From Candidatus Poribacteria bacterium (GTDB lineage Bacteria; Poribacteria; WGA-4E; WGA-3G), in the NCBI GenBank assembly GCA_964291315.2, contig OZ219753.1:1664001-1728000 (forward strand): a stretch of 64,000 bases of DNA, written 5' to 3'. This document shows, in pieces, positions 10,212 to 19,031 of the stretch (position 1 is its first letter; the number at the start of each line of letters is the position of its first letter). Both the position numbers and the translations under genes were made by a program. The notes beneath the pieces are model-generated. The model was given only the letters and a program-made list of their open reading frames with translations, was not told the DNA's origin and did not search any database.

Positions 10212-11049
10212 ATTGCGTTTCTTGAAATAAAAGACCTTGTGCCGAGTTGATATTCTCTTTTGCTAACTGGTAATATTGAGGTAGAATCTCGATGCCGACG
10301 GAGCTTCTTAACAACCTCTGCGCAACCTGACAGGTTGTTCCGGCACCTGCAAATGGATCAAGCACCCAATCATTTTCCTTGGTAAATAGCCTGATAAACC
10401 ATTCGGGCAACGTCTTGGGGAAAACGGCACTGTGTTTTCGATTTCCGGTCTCTGTTGCTAAGTGCAAGACGTTAGTTGGATACGCCATTTTTCGATCCAC
10501 CCAATTTGAAACTTTTTTACCAAATCCACTTCCCACTTTTGATGTATCGCGGCTCTGATCTGTTTCGCTGAGATTTTTTAATCTTTTGTCGCTCCAATCT
10601 CCCATCGGTACCATAACCGCCTCTTGATACATATTGAATTTTCTAGTTTTATTGAACTGCAAACATCTTTCCCAGGCATCTCTAAACCTGTTCGGCCATT
10701 TACCCGGATAGCAGTTTTTCTTATGCCAGACAAATTCCTCTGTCCACAGCCACCCCTGCTTTTTCATCTCAAGGATCAAGTCTATCACATAGGTGTGTCG
10801 TTCTCCATTAACCGCCTGCTCTTTGATATTTAGAATAAAGGTACCAGGCGGCTTGAGGACCCTTAAAAGTTGTCCAGCACGAGGCATAAACCAATCAACA
10901 TATTCATCGGGACTGATCCCACCGTATGTTTTAGATCTGCGGTCAGCATACGGCGGCGAGGTCATAATTAGGTCAAACGAATCGGGCTCAAAATCGGCGA
11001 GTACCTCTAAACAGTCCCCAAGGTAAAGATCTGTCTCTATTTTTTTCAT
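10180..11049 (-). CDS. N4-cytosine (beta class) DNA methyltransferase of a type II R-M system
   Basis: TSPPY motif IV, HSAVFP, DPFAGAGTT motif I; start placed at MKKIETDL. Confidence 0.9.
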   Translation of the reverse strand: MKKIETDLYLGDCLEVLADFEPDSFDLIMTSPPYADRRSKTYGGISPDEYVDWFMPRAGQLLRVLKPPGTFILNIKEQAVNGERHTYVIDLILEMKKQGWLWTEEFVWHKKNCYPGKWPNRFRDAWERCLQFNKTRKFNMYQEAVMVPMGDWSDKRLKNLSETDQSRDTSKVGSGFGKKVSNWVDRKMAYPTNVLHLATETGNRKHSAVFPKTLPEWFIRLFTKENDWVLDPFAGAGTTCQVAQRLLRSSVGIEILPQYYQLAKENINSAQGLLFQETQYETYHPKRDH

Positions 11050-11162
11050 TGATGGAAAACCTTTCAACTGCCTACTATTGGAGATTTACAGATGGATTGT
11101 GTCAATCCTAGCTGATAGGATACTGTATTGGATTAAAAAAGTCAAGTTAGACCTGATTTCAG

Positions 11163-11921
11163 TTATGGCAATTCCTTAGATGTTAAGAAAGCATAGGGAT
11201 CAATACCTTGGCCTTCAGGTGAGTTGATATCGATTAAATCTATAGACGGTGGTGGAAGGTCGAAAATGCCTCTTTTTATCCAAACCCCGGCAGGACCAAA
11301 GAAATGAGAAATATACATCTGTTTCGTTCCATCAGATGCGATCTCTTCATCCCACTCAACGTAGAGTGTATTTGTATAGTGCGGGCGAACTCTACCCGTA
11401 TCATCGATAGAACCTCCCTCAAAATTTTGCACACCTTGCCGCCAGAGTTTGACGAGAACATGATCGATTAACTTATGCTCGAGAGACCAGTTAACTTGAC
11501 GCTCTGCCGGTTGATCCCAATACGGCATGAGTGGATACCCTTCAGGAGTTGTTTTGAAGTCCGCCGTCTCAGGTATATCCGCTTCTAAGGGAATATCCGG
11601 CATTTCTGTAGACACCATAAAGTGCGCGTCGTCTACAGGCATCACGTTCGCCTCCGCTGCCACAGTTTCAGGTGATTTGAGATCTTCGATTGTCGGTACA
11701 TCCGCCTGTGTTACGGTGTTAAGCTCTGGTTGCTCCACTTTCCGTCCACTTTGAACCGGAAATGTGGGTTTTATTTTTCGCAGAGTCTCCATTGTCTGCT
11801 CGACCTCTCTTTCAGTCGCGCGTTTGACGTGCGTCAGATAGAGAGAACCTCCTAGAACAACCATCAAAAAGAAAGCGGTGCCTGCAAGAATTGCTCGGTT
11901 TGTGAGAAGATCACGAAGCAT
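11163..11921 (-). CDS. array paralogue D: TM-anchored protein with acidic linker and conserved KLWxQG / GIDPYxFL domain (divergent copy)
   Basis: MLRDLLTNRAILAG + TM; HKLIDHVLVKLWRQG, RPHYTNTLYVEW, GIDPYAFL; AGGAGG RBS. Confidence 0.85.
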   Translation of the reverse strand: MLRDLLTNRAILAGTAFFLMVVLGGSLYLTHVKRATEREVEQTMETLRKIKPTFPVQSGRKVEQPELNTVTQADVPTIEDLKSPETVAAEANVMPVDDAHFMVSTEMPDIPLEADIPETADFKTTPEGYPLMPYWDQPAERQVNWSLEHKLIDHVLVKLWRQGVQNFEGGSIDDTGRVRPHYTNTLYVEWDEEIASDGTKQMYISHFFGPAGVWIKRGIFDLPPPSIDLIDINSPEGQGIDPYAFLTSKELP

Positions 11922-11960
11922 ACTCTACCTCCTAGTTTGTCTTGACTATAAATCATATAT

Positions 11961-11976
11961 AGCAAGTTTCGTGCCA
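11961..11976 (-). promoter_or_regulatory. sigma-54 (-24/-12) promoter, copy 3
   Basis: Reverse complement TGGCACGAAACTTGCT = GG-N10-GC consensus, ~40 bp upstream of gene D. Confidence 0.85.
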
Positions 11977-12167
11977 ATGCCCTGAGGAATAGTATATTCT
12001 GAAGGGAAATCCCGGATGTCCGTAGGGATGCCTTCACCAACAGAGCCGCTCAAACATACACTCCTATAAGGTCTACTCATATGATCAGAAGTGTTCACTG
12101 TTTTCGAAAAAATTGCTACAGTGGAGAGAATCACAGGTGGGTTCGAGTGCTACCCTCTTGGTTATCT

Positions 12168-12199
12168 GCAAAAATTGTAGTTTGACACGCAAAAATTGC
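12168..12199. promoter_or_regulatory. putative enhancer (UAS): 2 x GCAAAAATTGY at 21-bp period
   Basis: Boxes start at 12168 and 12189; same context as the other two promoter copies. Confidence 0.6.
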
Positions 12200-12268
12200 G
12201 TTACGGGGTATCTGTGCGGCTTAGTCTCATTTTTTCCGCGGAAAAAGAGCCTCTGAAATTTCATGGTG

Positions 12269-13036
12269 TTACTCTCCTTTTCTCGGCAAGTCGAGAAAAG
12301 CGTACGGGTCGATGCCCCCATCCGGAAATTCATAAACCGTTAGATGTGGCGGGAATATACCTTTGTGAAGATCATAACTATCATCTGTGGTCGGAGACGT
12401 TAGCACACGTTGAACGTACGGCTTACCGTCTGCTCCGAGATTATCCGCCCATTTAATATAAACCACGTCATCTATGATGGGGTAAATGAGGTTATACGTG
12501 TTATTACGGACAGCACCGACAGTGCGAATTCCCTGATTCCATAACGCAATCCGGGTCCTGATCACCAACTCACTATACAGTTCCATTCCGTGAACATTAT
12601 CCCAAATATCTTGATCAGGATAATCTGGTGGTATTTCGGGATATGGTCCGAAGCCGAAGGGCGAGACTCCGTAAGGTGCAGCCTCATTTTCTGTTTCACT
12701 TGCCTCCGCAAAAAACGTTTCCAATACATCCTCTGTAGCACTGATCTCAGCCTCATCTATGAACGCTGCTGTCCGATCGGTTATCGCTTTCATGTTATCG
12801 GTTTCCATGAACGTTTCTTCTTCACCAAGGATCTCCATTTGTGTAGAGGCATCAGCATTCTGTGCGATGTCTGTCTTTTTACTCTTTTCGAAGTAACGGA
12901 GCATTTGCTTGGTTTGTGCGAGTTCGGCTTCACCGGTGCGCCTGACCTGCCAAGTGTAGAGCTGCACACCCGCAAAAACAAGAATAAAGAGAACAACACC
13001 CGCAAGCAGCACGCGGATTGGATTGAAGCGTTGCAT
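12269..13036 (-). CDS. array paralogue E: chimeric (B-type N-terminus, A-like C-terminal domain)
   Basis: Start MQRFNPIRVLL after AAGGAGG RBS (ORF-track start 13267 is spurious); VSPFGFGPYPEIPPDYP, IALWNQG, GIDPYAFL. Confidence 0.85.
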   Translation of the reverse strand: MQRFNPIRVLLAGVVLFILVFAGVQLYTWQVRRTGEAELAQTKQMLRYFEKSKKTDIAQNADASTQMEILGEEETFMETDNMKAITDRTAAFIDEAEISATEDVLETFFAEASETENEAAPYGVSPFGFGPYPEIPPDYPDQDIWDNVHGMELYSELVIRTRIALWNQGIRTVGAVRNNTYNLIYPIIDDVVYIKWADNLGADGKPYVQRVLTSPTTDDSYDLHKGIFPPHLTVYEFPDGGIDPYAFLDLPRKGE

Positions 13037-13049
13037 GTGTGTGCCTCCT

Positions 13050-13814
13050 TTACTTGAGATTAAGAAACGTGTAGGGTTCAATCCCGCCCTCCGCATAAGG
13101 GATGACCGTGATGCCCGGCGGAATGATGCCGTTATCAAAATCATCCTCATAGCGCGCCATACTTCCTGAACTGAGAAGTTCTGTGATATATGGCACAGGC
13201 GTGCCATCTTCATCAATATAGTGATCCCACCTGACATAAACTGTGTTTGGATAGAGCGGGTAAACAAGCCCGTCTTCCATCGCCGCTCCCTCGGTTTGCT
13301 TGCCTTGTTTCCATAACTTGATACAGACTCTTTCCATTAATTCCCACCTTCGTGCGCGTTCGGAACTGAATTCGTAGAGGTTCTCTGCGTGATCCCAGAG
13401 GTTCGAATTTGGATACCCGGGTGGTATCTCGGGATATGGCCCGAATCCGAAGGGCGAGACGCGCGGCTTTTCCGGGGTCTCTTCCACTGTGTCGTCGGGT
13501 AAGAGTCCTGCTCCCACATCAAGAGCGTAGGAAGTTTCCCTCTGTAGCAACGACACTGCTGTTTCAGGCACTATTTGCGGGTTATCCGCATCCAAGGCTA
13601 GGGGTGCGGCGCTATCGGTATCTGTGGGAGACTGGGCATCTTGTGAGGTGTGTGCTTCTCCCCTTTCAAGCTGCTGTATTATCTGCTCTGAGCGTGCCAG
13701 TTCCGCTGCGGTTTGGCTGCGGACATGCCAACTATACAGCAGGCTGCTAACAACCAGCACGAAAAAGAGACCTCCGGCAAGCACCGCGCGGGTTGTAAAA
13801 AGGTCACGGAACAT
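13050..13814 (-). CDS. array paralogue A4
   Basis: MFRDLFTTRAVLAGG + TM; VSPFGFGPYPEIPPGYP, IKLWKQG, GIEPYTFLNLK. Confidence 0.9.
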   Translation of the reverse strand: MFRDLFTTRAVLAGGLFFVLVVSSLLYSWHVRSQTAAELARSEQIIQQLERGEAHTSQDAQSPTDTDSAAPLALDADNPQIVPETAVSLLQRETSYALDVGAGLLPDDTVEETPEKPRVSPFGFGPYPEIPPGYPNSNLWDHAENLYEFSSERARRWELMERVCIKLWKQGKQTEGAAMEDGLVYPLYPNTVYVRWDHYIDEDGTPVPYITELLSSGSMARYEDDFDNGIIPPGITVIPYAEGGIEPYTFLNLK

Positions 13815-13876
13815 ATTTTACCTCCACCTTCGTCTCACTAGACTCTTAATCAGCAGCGTTTATTGGACGAACGTTC

Positions 13877-14956
13877 CTATTCATCCATGCTAATATTAAA
13901 TTCGAAATGTCCCTTTTGGTAGCGGCCTGTGTCAGCATCACAGAGGTGCAGCGTGGCAAAGCGACTCGCAACGAGGAGATGTTTCTCGTCTTGAGAGAAC
14001 TGCGCGGCAGCAACATCATCTGTTTTCTTTCCTGTCGTATATTTTTCACGTTCGTCGACAGGTGTGTAGAAGTGCTTCAGTTTTTCGCCGGTCTCGACAT
14101 CCCAGAGCAGTATTGTCTTATCTTGGCTAGCAGTGATAAGTGTGTGTCCTTCTGACGAAAATGCGATGTCCCGGATTTCACCAATATGCCCTTCAAGGCT
14201 CTGCTTGAGCATACCGGTCTTGACATCCCACAGACGGACGGTGTGCTCCCATTCACCTCCGCTGGCAAGGGTGTTTCCATCGGGTGAAAAGATAAGATGA
14301 TTAACAGAACCTAAGTCTCTGCTATCCGCATGTAACTCTTCCCCGGTGTTCGTGTCCCACAGCCGGAGGTTCCCGCCCGCACTTGCAAGGATGCTACCGT
14401 CGGGTGAGAATGCAACTGCGTTTACCGCGCTCGAATGTTTAAAGCTTCTGATATAGCTACCGCTACTCAACTCCCACAAATGCACGCTCCAACCTTTGCC
14501 TGTGATAGCAAGTTTTGTGTTGTGCGGTGAAAAAGCAATGGCTTTAATTGTGTGTGAGTGTTTAGTGGGCGTGCCGATCGAGGTGCCTGTTGCGGTTTCC
14601 CAGATATAAACGCTGTTTCCATGGGCACTAGCGATGAGCCGCGAATCCATTGAGAATGTCAATGCACTTTGTGGTATTATCGGCAGCCCTTCACTCTTCT
14701 CGCGTGTGCGCGTTTTTATGAACTGTGAGACGGCTTCGCCCGTCTGTGTATCGTAGATGTAGATGCCCGTGTACATTCGCACGGCGATATGTTTGCCGTT
14801 TGGTGAAATTTTGATGTTTAAGGGGCGTGCCGCTGCCCCAGTTGATAACAGCAAGAGACTCGGAATGAAGACGATTGGCAGGTAGAGAAGCCGCGTGCTT
14901 TTCTTCCTTTTCTTCAAAAAGATTACACTTAGCAAAGCAGTCAATGTAGTTTTCAT
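13877..14956 (-). CDS. secreted WD40-repeat protein occupying the cargo slot
   Basis: Multiple AFSPDGxxLAS...WD repeats; first 9 codons (MKTTLTALL) shared with cargo gene C. Confidence 0.9.
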   Translation of the reverse strand: MKTTLTALLSVIFLKKRKKSTRLLYLPIVFIPSLLLLSTGAAARPLNIKISPNGKHIAVRMYTGIYIYDTQTGEAVSQFIKTRTREKSEGLPIIPQSALTFSMDSRLIASAHGNSVYIWETATGTSIGTPTKHSHTIKAIAFSPHNTKLAITGKGWSVHLWELSSGSYIRSFKHSSAVNAVAFSPDGSILASAGGNLRLWDTNTGEELHADSRDLGSVNHLIFSPDGNTLASGGEWEHTVRLWDVKTGMLKQSLEGHIGEIRDIAFSSEGHTLITASQDKTILLWDVETGEKLKHFYTPVDEREKYTTGKKTDDVAAAQFSQDEKHLLVASRFATLHLCDADTGRYQKGHFEFNISMDE

Positions 14957-14965
14957 GAAAAACTC

Positions 14966-15751
14966 CTATTTTTCGGTATTTGTAAGAAAAGTTTCGGGAT
15001 CATACCCCGCTGTTTCTATATCAACAAATCTTATGTCTGGATACAATTCTGGCAGTCGACCGGATAACATTTCCTCCGGCGTAAAAGCAGGGGATTGTGC
15101 TCCAAGCATTGACTTTGGAACCGGAACCATCCGGGGATTCTCATCGGAACCAACATTCTCTTCATCCCACCGAACGTAAATGACATCCATATAGAGCGGA
15201 TAGACCCTCTCGTTATTATCTCTAAAGATACCGTTTACGAAGCCACGGTCTCCTTGGTTCCACAGCTTGATTAGAACCCGATAGATCATCTCGTGATCAC
15301 GCATGTCGCCCTTCTGATAATTCGGAAATTCTATCCATACAGGCGTAAGATTCTCTGGAAAGTCCGCAGGGACCTCTGGAAAATCAGCCGCTACAATGCC
15401 CTCAATCTCGGTCTGAAGCGCAGACGATTCTTCAGAAACCGCGGTCTCGGGACCTTTAGCAGCATTATCCTGAGGTAACGCAGTCCTTTCTGTTGACATC
15501 GTTTCGGTGCTGTTGCCTAAGAGCGCCTCCTCTGTTTTTCCAGAGCTCCCCATTTGTGTAGTTATGTCAGCCCCTTGTGCGGTGTGTGTCTCTTTTTTCT
15601 TCTCGAAGTGGTGTAGCACTCGCTTGGTTTGTGTGAGTTCGGCTTCACCGGTGTGCCTGACCTGCCAAGTGTAGAGCTGCACACCCGCAAAAACAAGAAT
15701 AAAGAGAACAAAACTCGCAAGCAGCACGCGGTTTAGATTGAAGCGTTGCAT
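14966..15751 (-). CDS. array paralogue B3
   Basis: Start MQRFNLNRVLL after AAGGAGG; DFPEVPADFP, HEMIYRVLIKLWNQG, GYDPETFL. Confidence 0.9.
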   Translation of the reverse strand: MQRFNLNRVLLASFVLFILVFAGVQLYTWQVRHTGEAELTQTKRVLHHFEKKKETHTAQGADITTQMGSSGKTEEALLGNSTETMSTERTALPQDNAAKGPETAVSEESSALQTEIEGIVAADFPEVPADFPENLTPVWIEFPNYQKGDMRDHEMIYRVLIKLWNQGDRGFVNGIFRDNNERVYPLYMDVIYVRWDEENVGSDENPRMVPVPKSMLGAQSPAFTPEEMLSGRLPELYPDIRFVDIETAGYDPETFLTNTEK

Positions 15752-15764
15752 GTGTGTGCCTCCT

Positions 15765-16538
15765 TTACTTGAGATTAAGAAACGTGTAGGGTTCAATCCC
15801 GCCCTCCGCATAAGGGATGACCGTGATGCCCGGTGGAATGATGCTATTATCAAAATCATCATCATAGCGCGCCATATCTCCTGAACCCAGAGTCTCTGCA
15901 ATATATCTCACAGGCGTGCCCTCTTCATCAATGTATTGGTCCCATCTGACATAAACTGTGTTTGGATAGAGCGGGTAAACGAGCCCGTTTTCCATCGCTA
16001 CACTCTCGGCTTGCTTGCCTTGTTTCCATAACTTGATACAAACTCTTTCCCTTAATTCCCAATTTCGTGCGCGTTCGGGACTGAATTCATAGAGGCTCTC
16101 TGCAAGATCCCAGAGGTCCGGATCCGGATACCCGGGTGGTATCTCGGGATATGGCCCGAAGCCGAAGGGCGAGACGCGCGTCTCTTCCGGGGTCTCTTGC
16201 ACTGTGTCGTCGGGTAAGGGTCCCGCTCCCACATCAAGCGGGTCGGGCGTTTCAGCCTGTAGCAACGGCATTTCTGTTTCAGGCACTGTTTGCAGGGTAT
16301 CCGTATCCAAGGCTACGGGTACGCCGCCGGCGCTATCGGTATCTGTGGAAGGCTCTGCATCGTGTGAGGTGTGTGCTTCTCCCCTTTCAAGCTGCTGTAT
16401 CACCTGCACTGAGCGTGCCAGTTCCGCTGCGGTCTGGCTGCGGATGTGCCAACTATACAGCAGGCTGCTGGCAACAACCAGCACAAAGAAGAGACCGCCG
16501 GCGAGGATCGCGCGGGTTGTGAAGAGGTCACGGAACAT
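15765..16538 (-). CDS. array paralogue A3
   Basis: Near-identical to the other A copies; GGAGG RBS. Confidence 0.9.
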   Translation of the reverse strand: MFRDLFTTRAILAGGLFFVLVVASSLLYSWHIRSQTAAELARSVQVIQQLERGEAHTSHDAEPSTDTDSAGGVPVALDTDTLQTVPETEMPLLQAETPDPLDVGAGPLPDDTVQETPEETRVSPFGFGPYPEIPPGYPDPDLWDLAESLYEFSPERARNWELRERVCIKLWKQGKQAESVAMENGLVYPLYPNTVYVRWDQYIDEEGTPVRYIAETLGSGDMARYDDDFDNSIIPPGITVIPYAEGGIEPYTFLNLK

Positions 16539-16596
16539 ATTTTACCTCCACCTTCGTCTCACTAGACTCTTAATCAGCAGCGTTTATTTGTGTGTT

Positions 16597-16643
16597 AAAG
16601 AACACTTTTGATACCGTCTATTTTGGTACCAAAAGTGTTCTTT
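16597..16643. terminator. 19-bp inverted repeat (terminator/stabiliser or operator) downstream of cargo gene C2
   Basis: AAAGAACACTTTTGATACC-9 nt-GGTACCAAAAGTGTTCTTT; identical copy at 22266-22312. Confidence 0.6.
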
Positions 16644-16872
16644 GCAAGTTCTTCTTAATACCGCCTTGCCAAGACATGGTAAACTCGAAGACCATCGTCT
16701 CGTAAAGATGACATGCGGCATGCCCTTCAGTTTGAGTCGTAATCATGGTCCTGTTGGAACTTGTCATCTCCATCATAACCATTCACGTAAGCATATGCGG
16801 TTCCTGAATTATGGTATGGACCGGCATCATACGATTCGGATAAACGACGAATTGTGTTGCTTTTTTCGCGAA

Positions 16873-16902
16873 AGGGGTACAGACGCAGGTCCGTACCCCT
16901 AC
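16873..16902 (-). repeat. GTAG-type REP-like hairpin
   Basis: GTAG-GGGTACGGAC-CTGC-GTCTGTACCC-CT, just downstream of the lysozyme stop. Confidence 0.55.
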
Positions 16903-16931
16903 AATTTCAGCGTCTATAAATTGTTCCTTTT

Positions 16932-17462
16932 TTATTGGTACAAATATGAAGGATCATCTGTCAACATAGCGTCTGCCATTTTATTCGCGCGCTTGGGTGT
17001 ATCTTCCCTCGCCCATTTAGACTTGAGCATCTCGTCGTGTGCTTCTTGCCAAGCGCCGGCTAAAATATGCGCACGCGTTTTAGTAAAACCACAGAGTTTC
17101 GTCCGACCGAGCTGGAACGCCATATTGATGAGCACTTCTTGCCGAACGTGTGAAATTGAATGCCATCGTGAGGGACTTCCCCCTTGACAGATATAGAACA
17201 TGGCATCGAGTTTTGCCGTATCTAAATCATCATAAAAAATCGCATCAATTGCAGCCCCTGAGAGAGGACCAACATCTGAGGGTAAAGCTGTTGGAACTTC
17301 AACCCTTTCCCCAGTCGCTAATTCATAGGCATTAGGTTTTACCACGTTTGAAAAGAGGTGTCCAATACCGATGGTCCAGTTACCCAGATGATCTCGGTAT
17401 TTGCTATATCTGAGACCTTCCCATTGCTCAAGGCATCTCCTGAGTCGTCTGTCGTCAGCTAT
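16932..17462 (-). CDS. T4-type (GH24) lysozyme with ATA start (or start-codon-inactivated)
   Basis: Extending the ORF-track frame upstream gives EGLRYSKYRDHLGNWTIGIGHL (E-x8-D-x5-T triad); also LINMAFQLG, SKWARxxTPKRA. Only ATA follows the AAGGA RBS. Confidence 0.85.
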   Translation of the reverse strand: MADDRRLRRCLEQWEGLRYSKYRDHLGNWTIGIGHLFSNVVKPNAYELATGERVEVPTALPSDVGPLSGAAIDAIFYDDLDTAKLDAMFYICQGGSPSRWHSISHVRQEVLINMAFQLGRTKLCGFTKTRAHILAGAWQEAHDEMLKSKWAREDTPKRANKMADAMLTDDPSYLYQ

Positions 17463-17474
17463 TGTATTTATCCT

Positions 17475-17957
17475 TTATAGATGTGAGTGAGTTATGAATA
17501 GTTGTGTACGGAGTTGAGGAATACTGTCATAGAAATGATCGTGAACCCAGTCTCCGTTAGAACTTCGCCAGTATCGAGATGTCGAAAGTGTATTTAGCGT
17601 AGAATGGGTGTGATCTAAACCAATCACAGTGCCGAAGGTTTCCGGCTCCGTATCAGGTTTATCGAGTCGCCAGTGTCCATGTGTGAGCGTTATACTACTC
17701 TCACTATGTTTATGTGTGTGCGTCCCTTGTCTATCATATTGAAAGTCATAATCTGCTTCCCAAACAGGTGTGTAGGTGCGTTTCCCTCGATGCACCCCGC
17801 CTTCATGTGTGTGTTTGTGAAGCTCACGGTATTCAAATTCAAGGTATTTAACTTCAGGTTCAGGTTCAAGTTTCGGCTTACCAAACCACCAACCCAAGGA
17901 AAAACTACAAGCGAGTCCCAGGACAAAGCACGGGATAATCATTTTTTTACCAAACAT
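17475..17957 (-). CDS. membrane-anchored/secreted HxH-rich hypothetical protein
   Basis: N-terminal hydrophobic segment; HKHTH, HTHKH, HGH, HTH, HDH, HSH motifs; GAAGGGG RBS before ATG at 17957. Confidence 0.7.
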   Translation of the reverse strand: MFGKKMIIPCFVLGLACSFSLGWWFGKPKLEPEPEVKYLEFEYRELHKHTHEGGVHRGKRTYTPVWEADYDFQYDRQGTHTHKHSESSITLTHGHWRLDKPDTEPETFGTVIGLDHTHSTLNTLSTSRYWRSSNGDWVHDHFYDSIPQLRTQLFITHSHL

Positions 17958-18232
17958 GTTCGGCACCCCTTCACTACGAATAGTTCGGAAAACACAATCT
18001 CATTGCCGAAAGACCCGGATTCGTTATCAGCATTATCAACCTCAGCCCAAGTTGAGAAAGTGCCATTTTTAAGTCCAAAGTTACCTAGGACAGCCAAAGC
18101 TGTATTCTTCTTGATAAAGGGCAATCTGATCCGAAGCGTCGATGTCGTTGCCCCATAAGAATATACCATAGTAGCAATAGCCAAAGAGAGCGCAATTAGC
18201 AAAGCAGGCAATGTAGTTTTCATGAGAAACTC

Positions 18233-19018
18233 CTATTTTTCGGCATTTGTAAGAAAGGTTTCGGGATCATACCCCGCTGTCTCTATATCAACAAATCTTA
18301 TATCTGGATACAATTCTGGCAGTCGACCGGACAATCTTTCCTCCATCGTAAAACCAGGAGATTGTGCTCCAAGCATTGACTTTGGAACCGGAACCATCCG
18401 GGGATTCTCATCGGAACCAACATTCTCTTCATCCCATCGAACATAAATGACATCCATATAGAGTGGATAGACCCGCTCGTTATTATCTCTAAAGATACCG
18501 TTTACGAAGCCACGGTCTCCTTGGTTCCACAGCTTGATTAGAACCCGATAGATCATCTCGTGATCACGCATGTCGCCCTTCCGATAATTCGGAAATTCTA
18601 TCCATACAGGCGTAAGATTCTCTGGAAAGTCCGCGGGGACCTCTGGAAAATCAGCCGCTACAACGCCCTCAGTCTCGGTCTGAAACGCAGACGATTCTTC
18701 AGAAACCGCGGTCTCGGGACCTTTAGCAGCATTATCCTGAGGTAACGCAGTCCTTTCTGTTGACATCGTTTCGGTGCTGTTGCCTAAGAGCGCCTCCTCT
18801 GTTTTTCCAGAGGGCCCCAGTTGTGTTGTTATGTCGGCACCTTGTGCGGTGTGTGTCTCTTTTTTCTTCTCGAAGTGGCTTAGCAATTGCTTGGTTTGTG
18901 CGAGTTCGGCTTCACCGGTGCGCCTGACCTGCCAAGTGTAGAGCTGCACACCCGCAAAAACAAGAATAAAGAGAACAACACTCGCAAGCAGCACGCGGGT
19001 TGGATTGAAGCGTCGCAT
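18233..19018 (-). CDS. array paralogue B2
   Basis: Start MRRFNPTRVLL after AAGGAGG; near-identical to B1/B3. Confidence 0.9.
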   Translation of the reverse strand: MRRFNPTRVLLASVVLFILVFAGVQLYTWQVRRTGEAELAQTKQLLSHFEKKKETHTAQGADITTQLGPSGKTEEALLGNSTETMSTERTALPQDNAAKGPETAVSEESSAFQTETEGVVAADFPEVPADFPENLTPVWIEFPNYRKGDMRDHEMIYRVLIKLWNQGDRGFVNGIFRDNNERVYPLYMDVIYVRWDEENVGSDENPRMVPVPKSMLGAQSPGFTMEERLSGRLPELYPDIRFVDIETAGYDPETFLTNAEK

Positions 19019-19031
19019 GTGTGTGCCTCCT

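Larger units (their letters stand above)
16835..17989. mobile_element. non-autonomous 1149-bp insertion flanked by TTCGGA direct repeats
   Basis: TTCGGA at 16835-16840 and 17984-17989; no transposase or integrase inside; carries two genes. Confidence 0.75.
16727..18223 (-). pseudogene. cargo gene C2, interrupted by a 1149-bp insertion
   Basis: The 5' part (18223-17984) and 3' part (16840-16727) match intact C1. Removing the insert gives 348 bp, the same length as C1, with an open frame. Confidence 0.9.

Noticed and set aside
13037-13267. Long N-terminal extensions of B/E ORFs overlapping A genes (also 15752-15901 and 19019-19168); possible programmed A-B frameshift fusion
   Set aside because: A strong AAGGAGG RBS sits directly before the MQRF/MRRF starts. 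The open overlap recurs only because the DNA is duplicated, and no slippery site is evident.
16642-17187. Plus-strand ORFs antisense to array genes (also 22311-22568 and similar)
   Set aside because: Shadow ORFs of the real minus-strand genes, repeated only through duplication.
13865-17989. Integron cassette array or prophage
   Set aside because: No integrase, no recognisable attC (RYYYAAC...GTTRRRY) pairs at the junctions, and no phage structural genes beyond the lone lysozyme.
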